A stretch of DNA of 64,000 nucleotides from Macrostomum lignano. Taxonomy: Eukaryota. Where the stretch lies: the NCBI GenBank assembly GCA_002269645.1, contig NIVC01000095.1:372001-436000 (forward strand), in the 5' to 3' direction. Positions 34,823 to 47,000 of the stretch are shown in pieces. A program made the translations under genes and the position numbers. The first letter of the stretch is position 1; every line of letters begins with the position of its first letter. The notes beneath the pieces are model-generated. The model saw only the letters and a program-made list of their open reading frames with translations, was not told the DNA's origin and searched no databases.

Positions 34823-35572
34823 CTAATTTGGGAATTTTTTATCGCCGCGTATTGATTAGCTGTAACCATGGATCACTCAACTACGTGGACTGGAAAGCTA
34901 TCCGGATCAGCTATAACCATGGACTCTTAAAGCTGCCTGAACTGGAAGCTAACTAAATAAACAAGGACTCAAACCTGGATTGGTAGCTTAAATCGTTGAA
35001 AGTAGGCCTCTAAGGTCCGTTGATATTAAGTCGATGTCGTGAAATTTTAAAAGTTACATGGTAAGATTCGAAATGCACTTGGGGAGACATTTCCTAGACA
35101 AGAACATTGATTGATTCCTTACCGAAATTTCCGAATTAGTTGCCAAAGTCTAATAAAACTGTTTATTAGTGTGCCAGCAGCTGATTAAATGTCAGGATTG
35201 AATCCTGTATCGTAGCAATATTTATATGCCGGTGGAAATGTGCACAACCGATCGCAAAGTCTACCCAGTATGCTCAACGGAGCGCTTGCACTAAAGAATA
35301 GGAAGGAGAAGAATGAGCTGCCCAACAATGCCTCATCAACTGGGTCTGGATGCTGCAGTCTAAATTGAGTTCAGGTAACCAGGATGCGATCTGGCAAAAG
35401 CTCAAGACGCTGCGGGCTCTAGATGCTCTCTGACCCTCATCATCTCACCCTCCTTCATCTCTTAGTCATGGATTTCTAGATGAAGTGTCTAGTAAGTAAG
35501 AACTTCAAGAACGTGCAAAATATTTCTCAACTTCTTACAGTTTCTTGTCAAATAAATTGCATATAGCCACTG

Positions 35573-35880
35573 ATAATAATAATAATAATTGATTACACAT
35601 GCCTCCATTGGGCCAGATGTGCGACCGACAGCTCAGCCGCAGCTATTGCGCGATCCGCATCTGAAGGCTGCGTACGGCTGTTCAGTCCAAGGACTGGGGG
35701 GTCGCCACACCCTCAATTACCCCAGCTAATGCTGGCACCCATTTTACAGCTGGGTGAACTGAAGCAATGCAGAGTTAAGTGTCCTGCTCAAGGACACAAA
35801 TTGTTCCAGTAAGATTGGGAATCGAACCCCCGACCTTCGAGTCGTGAGTCCGACGCTCTGATCATGCTAGGCTACAACCT
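35573..35880 (-). mobile_element. tRNA-derived SINE with CORE(MIR)-like central domain and (TAT)n-type tail
   Basis: B-box GGTTCGATTCC (35818-35828); minus-strand GTGTCCTTGAGCAGGACACTTAACTCTGCATTGCTTCAGTTCACCCAGCTGTAAAATGGG (35738-35797) resembles the MIR CORE consensus as I recall it; simple-repeat tail at ~35573-35590. Confidence 0.75.
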
Positions 35881-36284
35881 AGTAACCAAAAAAGCCACAG
35901 AGCTTTTTATTAATCCTAATGAAATTTTAATCCTAACATATCTGAAACAATACCCCCCACTGTCAGTTTCCAATCCAGATGTCTCCATACTAGAACTCCA
36001 GGTGTCCTGCGCAAGAACCTAATTGTTAATACAAGCACAAGGTGGGTTTACATTAAAGATTTATATATACAGAGAAAGTCGAAGTCAAAAGTCAAAACAA
36101 ACCAGAAACCAAACATCTTGCGCACCTTTTTCCATTGTGAGGGCTCATAAACCAAAAGTAATTGTACTCGTAATCGTGAAAAAAACTTTTTACAGTGTAT
36201 TTAGCAGATTTATGAATAAAACTTTTCCGCTAGCATAACAAATGAGCAGGAAAAAGTAAAAAAGTAAGTAAGTAAAGTAAAACT

Positions 36285-36710
36285 TACTAACTAACCAACT
36301 AACTAAATAACTAACTAACAAACTTACTAACTGACTAACTAACTAAATGTTTAACTAATTAACTAACTAACTGACTAACTAACCAAATGTTTAACTAATT
36401 AACTAACTAACTAACTAACTAACTGACTAACTAAATGTTTAACTAATTAACTAACTAACTGACTAACTAACTAAATGTTTAACTAATTAACTAACTGACT
36501 AACTCTGACTAACTAACTAAATGACTAACTAATTAACTAACTAACTAACTAACTGACTAACTAAATGACTAATTAACTAACTAACTAACTAACTGACTAA
36601 CTAACTAACTAACTAATTAACTAACTAACTGACTGACTGACTAGCTAACTAACTAACGAATTAACTAATTAATTAACTAACAAACCAACCAGTTAAATAG
36701 CTAATTAACT
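36285..36710. repeat. (TAAC)n microsatellite with TGAC variants
   Basis: Visible. Confidence 0.93.
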
Positions 36711-37134
36711 GACTTCTGTCTGCTTGCCCAGCTTCTTTGTCCAGCGGTCACTGGTTTTCGCTGGGGTGGTGGCCCCCTGTCATGTATCTACTCGTAGATT
36801 GGGATTTCTTTCGGCCAGCCATCTACGACGGATCAACTCCGTTAGCGATGCGCGGCTTGCACTATTGGCAGTAGAGATAGTAGAATGATGTGCGCAAAAC
36901 TAATCAGATCGAGGCCGCCAGCCACTAATTGGGGCAAGCACGATTTCTATTGACAGTGCGTAGCCGAATATCTTTTTAATGAAAACGCTGAAGCCTCATT
37001 CATTCTGAGAATTAGAATGAGTCATAAACTCACTTGGAAGAGCCATAGCCTAACCAGATCCTGGATATTACAATATAATAGCTCGTTAATCAGCAAACAA
37101 AACTGTAATCGTAATCAGCAAATCCACTGAGCTT

Positions 37135-37270
37135 GGTCATAGCCCGCCTCTGTGAATGGGTCATAGCTAGTTTTTCGTGAATGTGTCATACCCGCTTCTG
37201 TAAATGGGTCATAGCCCGAGTCTAAAAATACGTCATAGCCCGCACTTTGAATGGGTCATAAGTTCATAAC
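37135..37270. repeat. Degenerate ~25-bp repeat of GTCATAGCCCG motif; possibly an orphan DNA-transposon subterminal region
   Basis: Motif recurs about 6 times and ends GGGTCATAAGTTCATA; no matching opposite end found. Confidence 0.45.
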
Positions 37271-37741
37271 TAACTATTAAAGACTTAAATAAAGAACTAT
37301 TAAAGAACTTTTAGATATAAAGAACTATTAAAGACTTCAATGAAATTGAATATAGTGCATAAGCAACACAGCATAAAAACACAATGCTAGACGCCATATA
37401 TATTAAAATTGAACACTTTAGAAAGTGTTTTGATTATATTTTTTGCAATTTTTGTCAGTAATAAAAACTCTGCATTATAACAAATAGTGAAACATATAAA
37501 GCTGTAATTAAGATAGTTTTAACTCATGGTTGATCCAATCGAGGAAATAAAGTACAAAATTCAAACTTCCACTTTGTTCATTTTTTGAATATCGATTTAC
37601 ACATGATATTAATAGGAACAAATCAAATTCGAAAGCAGATATTATCAAATAATCATATCATACATCGAATTTTTTTCAACGGGATAACAATAAACGCTTT
37701 GACTTATAATTATTGAATTGAATGAAAAATAACAGCCACGA

Positions 37742-38050
37742 TAATCTGAATTTTGCTACTGTCAGTAGGCTAAATTGCGTAGTTTTTTAGGAAATTCACA
37801 AAAGTCTGAATTTTGCTACTGTCAGTAGGCTAAATTGCGTAGTTTTGTAAGAAATTCACAAAAGTCTGAATTTTGCTAGGCTAAATTGCGTAGTTTTGTA
37901 GGAAATTCACAAAAGTCTGAATTTTGCCACTGTCAATAGGCTAAATTGCGTAGTTTTGTAAGAAATTCACAAAAGTCTGAATTTTGCTACTGTCAGTAGG
38001 CCAAACTGCGAAGTATTTATGAAATTCAGAAACGTCTGCATTTGCCTACT
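37742..38050. repeat. ~60-bp tandem repeat (TCTGAATTTTGCTACTGTCAGTAGGCTAAATTGCGTAGTTTTGTAAGAAATTCACAAAAG), ~5 units
   Basis: Visible periodicity. Confidence 0.9.
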
Positions 38051-39695
38051 GTTAGTAAAACAGATTGCGCCATTTTATTGTTAATGCGCGTGAAGACCAA
38101 AATGAAAACAAATTAAGCTGTTTTTAATGCAGCTACAAAAATCAACAAACTAATAGTTTTTTGTATTATTAAAGCAACAACAGAAGGTAGAAATGCAGGT
38201 GCGATGCATAAGTCGTCAAGCGGGGTTGCGTGATGGAATTAGCCAACTTGACAGCTCTACTCTACTTACTACAGTAGTACATATTCTATTGTTATTAATT
38301 TATTATTACAATAGCGGTTATTGGCTGCAATGGAAGATTGCTAAACATATATAATTATTCAATAATTAGTTTAAAGCGAATAATACAATTAACAGAGTTA
38401 AATAAAATGTTAATATATATATATAATTACACACAGTTGAATGCTATTGAAAGCTAAACGGAGATCGCTAAAAACAGTGAACAAATACTCGCCCAAAAAT
38501 ATTAATTCCTAAACGAATTTAATTTTATTAAGGATAAGTTTGACTGCCAGATTTACAGAAGATTTCGGTCAACACGTGACTATTAAATAGCGAATGCGGT
38601 GCTAGCTGTGAAATGATGAATCAACAATTCGATAGCCTGCTCAAAATTGGGGAAAGACACTATTTAGCCAAGAAAAATATATTTAAAGCCATGGATATCG
38701 AAACAGACAGGACTGGGGACTGAGATTGGAAACAATGAGTCGGAGAGGTCAGGAGTGTGAGAAACAGGAGGCAGCATTGCGAATGACTAGCCAAGCGAAT
38801 AAATCACCAATATATATGAGACAGAGGTGACAGTTGTCAGAGGCTCAAGCCGACGTCACAAATTCCGCTAAGATTTATAATGAATAGAAAATAATAAAAA
38901 GCTCTTAACGATTGCCTGTTCTCTAATCAAATACAGAAATCGTACAATTCCACAATAGGGCTTAAGCAAGTTTTTTTAAAAGTACAAGACGTACTTGCAA
39001 CGCAGGCCAACAGACATAATAATACGAAATTAAAAAAATCTTTTTTAAAAAGTTGATAATCAAAACTTAAAATCCAAATTTTGACATTTATTAATTATTA
39101 ATATGATATTACAACAGATACAAGGAAAGCTGATTGGAATTAGCGGACACAAAGACAGAGTACTAAGTGATAATTCAATTCCTGGTTGAAAAGCCACGCT
39201 CCGTATTGGTGTACAAATAAAAATTAGAATAATAACAATTTTGGCGATTCTTTTCTTTTGCCTGCTGAAGTTGCTTGGCTTGGCTGAAATGAAAAGCATT
39301 TGTGTAATTTTTATTCATTACACAACATATCGGCGCATTCCACTGTTAGCTAGTTAGTTCACTTTAAGGGAGCATCAAACACGCTCACACAGGGTGTACA
39401 AGTTCGGCACTGACTTTCGCATCTACAGACATGTACACTCTGTGTTTTAGGTGACCCTAAACGACTTAAAAACGACGACAAAGATAGTCGGCATAAAAGT
39501 CTATTCGATGTGTTTTATTGTCTGCGACTCTGACGATTCTACAACTCACGTGATGGAGTCGCCTCAAAGTCGCTAGAGCCACTAGTGACTTGTTTGCAGT
39601 GACTCTTTCGCGACTCCTGTCACGGTAACGTTTTCAACGGGGCAAGTCGGCAGCAATAACCGCTGGGCTATCCAAACCCATTCTTCAATAAACTT

Positions 39696-39955
39696 AGGAG
39701 TTGTACCTAGTAGTCAGAGCGTCCACCTCACGACTGAAAGGTCGGGGTTTCGATTCTCGACCCACTATAGGAACAATTTCGTGTCTTTGAGCAAGACACT
39801 TAACTCTGCATTAGCTGGGGTAATTGAGGGTGTGTGGCCTGGACAGCCGTACGCAGCCTTCAGATGCGCCGCGCAATAGCTGCGGCTGAGCTGTCGGTTG
39901 CACATCTGTACCCATTAGGGCAGTTGTAATCAGTTATTATTACTACTACTATGAT
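39696..39955 (+). mobile_element. Second copy of the CORE-like SINE, internally deleted
   Basis: Colinear with the reverse complement of 35573-35880; lacks 38 bp between two GCATT microhomologies (junction 39808-39812). Confidence 0.8.
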
Positions 39956-40043
39956 TATGAAGCTACCAGACAGATAGTACTGCTACAAGCTTGTTAGTAA
40001 GTAGTATATATTTCTTACCTATGTGAATAATCTACCAGAAAAT

Positions 40044-40909
40044 CTAATTTGCGCCAACTTCATCACCGGTTGGAGCCGCCTGCTGCTGCTGCTGCTGCTG
40101 CACTACCTGGATGACGAAGCCCCTGGGAATCGGGCATTCTTTGATCCTCATCCGGTCAGTCAGCTGCCTGCCGTAGCAGTACCACCGCTGGCTGCCGAGA
40201 CTCGCGCCGCCGCCAGACGTCACGTGACGCTCCAATCTTCGCTTAGCCTTAGCAACCGTGTCCTCAGATGACACCTGCAGCCGGATGTCCCGGCCGTTAT
40301 TGGATAGTCTCAGCTTCAGATTCACCGGCGCTACTGGCGGCTGCTCGGCGGTTGAATCGTCGAGATCGTTGCGAGCGGCGTCGTTGCCGCCGCCGTTGCT
40401 ATAGCTACCGTCAGCGTCATCGCCGCCGCCGCCGTTGCCGCCGGAGTTATCGAGAGTTGGCGGCGGAGAATCCGCTAGATTTGACGGCGCCGAGAGCACG
40501 TACAACGGCAGCTGGTATCGGGTCCCGAGCTCGTCGTAGCTGTCCGTTAAAAGGCCTCTGGGCAGCATAATGCCAGCGCCGCTTATTATAGCCTGTAGTA
40601 GTTTTCAATAAAATTAACGAACATGTCTGCGTGTTACTACTTACAGTACGCCAAAAAGAACATACATAGTTTTTCCACAGTAGACAGCAGGCATTTATAT
40701 TATTTTCCTGGTGTTTTTATTAAGAAAAACTATTCATTAACGCAATGGTTTGACAAACACACCGCAATAGCACTGAGAGTGGCCTTCAATAGGAACAATG
40801 ACAAAAGGTGGATTTAAAGACTGTCTGTCTGTCTGTCCGTCCCAGTGTCTGTCTATTTGTATGTCTGTCCGTCCGTCCCAGTGTCTGTCTGTCTGTCTTC
40901 TTGTCTGCC

Positions 40910-40942
<33 letters not shown>

Positions 40943-40957
40943 TCTTGTCTGCCTGCC

Positions 40958-41014
<57 letters not shown>

Positions 41015-44000
41015 TCTTGTCTTCTTGTCTGCCTGCCTGTCTGTCTGTCTGTCTGTCTGTCCATCCCAGTGTCATTCTGTCTGTCTTCTTGTCTGCTTGT
41101 CGGTCTATTTAACTTTACATCCTTTCACTAAAGTAGCCAACAGCAGAACAATAAAATCCCAATCAGCATGCCAGAGACAACCGACTGTCAGAGCACATCA
41201 CCTGAGCCAGCTCGTGATCGCTAGCCTCCATAGCGCAGGCGGCTGCTCGCAGGGCGTCCCAAATTTCGCGCCTGCCATCAAAAGCGGGCGCGGTGTCCCA
41301 GAACTCCTCCCGCTTGCTGCGCAACTGGCTGGGCGTCAGCGGCTGGTCTGAAGTCCATCGGATTCGTTCGCGACGGAGTGGCTGATTTTTGCCCGCAGTT
41401 GCCGGCACTGTTGATGAGGCTACAGCGGAGACTGGGCCTGTAGTTGTTGAGCCAGGATTGCCTTGAGGATGCGGGCACGGCTGCTGCTGTTGCTGCTGGT
41501 TGTCATGACGATGATGGCGGCCGCGGTGGTGCGAGGACTGATGCTGCTGGCCGGGCTGCTGGTTGCCTGCGGGTAAATTAGATGGAATATTTAGTATACA
41601 GGATGTAAACAGATTTGGCTTTTATGCTTTGACAGAAACAGATGGAGAGTGGCAAGGTAAGGGGCAACTGGGAGGGAAGCGGCGGTGGCCTGCCAACTGA
41701 GGATCTTGGAGGCTGACCCAGCAACTGAGGATATGGGAGGCTGGCCCAGCTACTGAGGATCTGGGAGGCTGGCCCAGCAACTGAGGATCTGGGGGGCTGG
41801 CCCAGCATCTGAGGATCTGGGAGGATGGCCCAGCAACTGAGGATCTGGGAGGCTGGCCCAGCAACAGAGGATCTGGGAGGCTGGCCCAAAAAACTGAGGT
41901 TCTGGAAAAGTGGCCGTGTCCCAGCAACTTGGGAATTTTATTAGTATAGACAAAATGTCATCTTTTGTTTTATTAAAAAGTTGACTGTATAAGGATCAGT
42001 GGTATCAGTAGTATCGGTAGATTTCGATATGAAGTGTCAGAGGCAGCAATTAATTAGGATAGTGAGCTTAAAAGTTCTGTTTCTGTTAAAGCTACAGAAA
42101 TTAGCCTGGGGCATTGCGAGTTTCATTTATGACAGGAAATTAAATAGAACCCAGGCCATAAAACATTGCCCACTTAAAGCTGTTAACTAGATAATAGCCT
42201 GATTCAAGTTTTCGGATTTTACTTATGCTCTGCGTCTAGAAATATATTTTGATTGAATTTAACAAACTTTTAACTGTGAATATGTTCAAGTTTAATAGTG
42301 GGAGTTGTCTAAAGTCACTAATGGATCGAGGAGGGTTCGGCTGAGGTCAATGACTGATGGAGTAAGAAGGGTTCAACTGAGGTCACTGAGAGATGGACTA
42401 AGAAGAGTTCAACTGAGGTCACTGACTGATGGATTAAGGTAGGGTTCAACTGGGGTCACTGACAGATGGACTAAGAAGAGTTCAACTGAGGTCACTGACT
42501 GATGGATTAAGGAAGGTTTAACTGAGGTCACTGACTGATGTACTGAGGGTTCAACTGAGGTCACTGACTGATGGACTAAGGAGGGTTCAACTGAGGTCAC
42601 TGACAGATGGACTAAGAAGAGTTCAACTGAGGTCACTGACTGATGGATTAAGGAAGGTTCAACTGAGGTCACTGACTAATGGATTAAGGAGGGTTCAACT
42701 GGGGTCACTGACAGATGGACTAAGAAGAGTTCAACTGAGGTCACTGACTGATGGATTAAGGAAGGTTTAACTGAGGTCACTGACAGATGGACTAAGAAGA
42801 GTTCAACTGAAGTCACTGACTGATGGATTAAGGAAGGTTCAACTGAGGTTACTGACTGATGGACTAGGAGGGTTCAACTGAGGTCACTGATTGATGGACT
42901 AAGGGTGAATCAGCTGAAGACACCTGTGTGCTATGAATGGTGTGGAATACGAGGAAATCGAAGCTATTTCGATTCGATTTGCGGTGCTTTCGCCCATAGA
43001 CCGACACCAACAGCTTGAATTGGTAATCAATAAACGGTGTCTCAAAATCAAAACGCTATATTAATGACTGAAGCGAAAACATCTATTAAAGTTCGGCAGA
43101 TAACGCGGCCATCAATGAACAATCGAGGTGACAAGCACATTCTATATGCGCTTCTGCTAGTTTGCCTAGTTGCATCTCTCAGTTTGTCCCAGTCTGTCGC
43201 ATCGGCTCTGATATGCCAATTGAACACGCAGCTTAGTGAAGAACAACTATGCCAAAGCGTCCTAGTGACGTCATTCTGCACGGCTGTGGCAACAGTGGCC
43301 GGAGTTGCACTGCAGGTAGTCACAGCTAGTAGTATTCGTAGAAGAAATAGCCTAAATCAAGTCAACAGTGCCTCAATTCGTTGGTATATTGGCGCTATCT
43401 GTCTGTCCATCTCGACTATTGCTCTAGCTATCACGTCGCTGGTTACAACGCTGCTGCTAGGGCTGGACTACACCAGTATGCAAATTCATCAGCTTCTATT
43501 AGATAATAACGTCACTCGAGTGCCTCTGCTAGCTGGTGACGCACTCATAGTTCGACAGCACAACTGTCTGGATCCGCTGAGCCTAGCCAAGAAAGCTTCT
43601 ACTGCTAGTAGTATCCTATTCTCTGGGTTCGATGTTGCACTATTTGAGAAAACAAAGGACGCTTGCCCGGGCGAGTCTGCCGCATTCATGCGCCTACAAC
43701 TAAATGTGATTGCGTTCAATGCCTGCCTAGTGACTGTTTTGCTACTGGCTGGTGTCAGACAGGCAGCTCTGGCATGGATGCAGATGCTGTTGCCATGGAT
43801 ACAGCCGCATCAACAGCAACAACAGCAAGTGGAGCAGCTTAATCTACAGGAAATGGCGCCAATGGTTGCTAATATGCCAGCAATAGCCAGCAATACTGTC
43901 TGATCGATTTTTTATGAACTGCATAATGCGAAGAAAGGGTGGAACTAAACAGTCAATAATTTTATTTTTCCAATAGAGAAAGATGTGCATTTTTTTCAAA

Positions 44001-47000
44001 CAATGCCACGCAACTTAAAGCAGACTTTTGATTAGTAATTATGCAAGATTAACCATAATACACTAATTTTAAATGTGTAATTTTGCTAATTAGCAAAATA
44101 TTTCTTCCAATAATAATATAAAAAGGAATTATTAGCTAAAATAAACAAAATATGAAAACACCAACATTAAATGGTTTTTATTCTTCATACCATGCATAAA
44201 GCATATATGAAAGTAAACAAAAAGTAAGTAATAATTTTAGGTCCCTACCCAAGCTATATTTTATTATTGTCTAGCAACTAACACAAAAGTGATGCTGCCT
44301 ACTCTGCTAATTATGTAGGCATGTACTCAAATATCTATACACAACCTTATGAATTTTACCTAGTTAAAAAACATAGTTTTCTACAAAAATTGACAAAACT
44401 ATATTTAGAGAGCATTTAGCAACATAGATCTACTCTGCATGCTATTTAAATCTTTTCTTTCTTTCTATTTTTCTATTTTTTTCATTTTATTTAATTGAAA
44501 GTTTTATGTTTCTATCTATCCTATGTACTTCCTTAAATTTTTTACTACTCTGTTAATTTGGTTTGCAACATATCTGCTTTGGCTATCTTGTTGCTTGGGC
44601 AGATTAGCTAGGTATTGCTTATATATAGACTTGCATATACATTTAGTATTTCTTTAGGGTTTGGTCATAATATTTTAAATTATATAGCAAAACTATAAGC
44701 CATTTTGTTTTTAAGTGCCAAAGACCAATGGTTATAGTACAAACATAAAAATAATTATTGTTAAGTCTATTTTCCTTACAATTTGTTTATGCTTGGTTGA
44801 TTATTGGTTTTGCAAAATATTGTATTGGCTATCCTATTAGCTAGCTAGATTAGCAAGGTTGGTAAGTGTTACATATCCATGAAAAATAGATAGGCAAGTT
44901 CAAATTTATAAAGACTAATATATATTATATGACAAGGTCTAAATGTCCTATGATATGATACAATAGTACTTTGATAGATTATATTTGTTACAGAATTCCA
45001 AACCAAGTATAAATTCTTATTTTCTTGTCTTACATATGTCTTATTATATATATGATGTCTCATTATATATATGATATATATATAATTTATATATACGTCT
45101 TATATTTTAACTCTGTCTTTTAGAATTGTATTTGTAAATATATTTTCTAGCCTTAAATCTCAATTGAGTGTCTTTGTGTTCCTCATATTTTATGTAAAAA
45201 TGTACCTCTTTTAACAAAAAGTAAGAAAATAAATGCTAACAAAAACATATAATACAATTTTTTTTAACCAATGCATTTTCTCAATCATAAGATCTTGTCA
45301 GGGCCAATTCAATTCACCTTAATTTGATACACCATTATAAATGAAAAAACTGTATGTACAAAGGCAAGTCAAGACAGTCTTGAAGAATTTTAAAAGAGCC
45401 TAAGTATAGAACAAAGGGAGAGAAAAAATAGACATGGCACTACTTACAGTACTATGAGCTCATGCTCCACCCCATTGCCAGCTAGCTACATATTCAAGTT
45501 GGGTTTGTGCATTCTAATATACCGATATGATTGAAGCTTTATATATCCAACAAAACAGAGTATACAAAATATAAAGCATCTATAAAAATATTTTTATTAT
45601 TCATATAATATAGCATAACAAAATGGAAGATTTTCAAAACTAATTTCTAGGAAACTAGATAGTTATATAATGATGGCTATTACAATTTGTATCTTCAATG
45701 AATTTTTGTGAGGCTTTTTTAATATTCATTTCATGATTAGAACCCTCTAATTATAGGCCTAGTCTGCATAAAATGAACAAGCATGTCAGTTTATTTATTT
45801 GTTAAATAACAATTTTTTTAATATCAATTGTCAAATAATTTTTTAATACACCCTTTAGTTTCAATAAAAGACCAATTAAAAAAATGATATTTTGTCAAGT
45901 TTTGATAGAATTTTTGTAAAGTATATGGGTATTTCTAATTTTCTACAAAAATGGGACAATAGAAAAATTTAGCTTAACACATTTTACTAAATCTCTAAGG
46001 TTTGTATGTCCATAATGCTCTAGAGATTGCAATTCTTGACCAATTTTGATTGCGTTTTTGCCAAAAGATGCAAAATTAAGTACTAAAATCATGCTTATAG
46101 ATGAAACCATTGAGGTTTTTACACAATAAAAGTAACACCACACTAGTTATAGAAATATACAATGAAAAACTCTAAAGTGCTTTTAAGTTGTGTAACCTAG
46201 CAATCTTGTGGATGTCTGCCCTCCCAGATTTCAACTTTATAAGTCTTTTTGTTTTCACTGTTTTACAAATCTTCAAAATTAACTACATGTATTGAATACT
46301 AAATAGTACTAAATAGTTAAAACTTTTTGTCTTTAAAAGGGTTAATTTTAAATATTTATGACCTTATATTTAGAATGACCAAATGACCCAAAGATCGAGG
46401 CAAATGAGACTTGCAAAATTCAACTTTCAATATATAATGATAATGATAATATCTATCTATCTATCTATACTTATACTAAAACTGACGCGATGTTTGTCTG
46501 TATATATGTTGCAATTTTTCTATTAGACTAATTGCAAGTCAGCATTGAAACTTATATGGGAAAATGTCAAATTTTCTGGATTAGGTTTAAGGCTATTTTA
46601 ATTTTCAATTTTCACATTTTAACATCCCTAAAAAAGTAGAAAACTGCTTTTTTAACCCTTAATAACCTTCTTTGGCCACACTGCCTGGGGCTGTAGCCAA
46701 TTTGTAAAAAAAACCACCCCAACCATTGCTCGCAGGTCCTGTGTATTGGGAGGGGTACGTGTGTTCTGCATTCAATGGAAATAAAACCCCCACATGTTAG
46801 GGGTGCAGTCTATTTAATGATTCCCCCAGAATGGGGGTTAGGCTTAGGCTGAGTGTACATAGCAATGTACAGTGTAAACAGATAGATAGGATAGTGTCAA
46901 GATTGAATTGATTTTATTATTGGCCCTGTGTATTCATACATGCGCAATAGTCGCCCGATCCAGCCAACTGATTTGGTGGCCAACCAAGGAAGTTGCAAAA

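Noticed and set aside
38612-38725. C/D box snoRNA (ATGATGA ... CTGA)
   Set aside because: No terminal stem or recognisable guide; such boxes occur by chance in AT-rich DNA.
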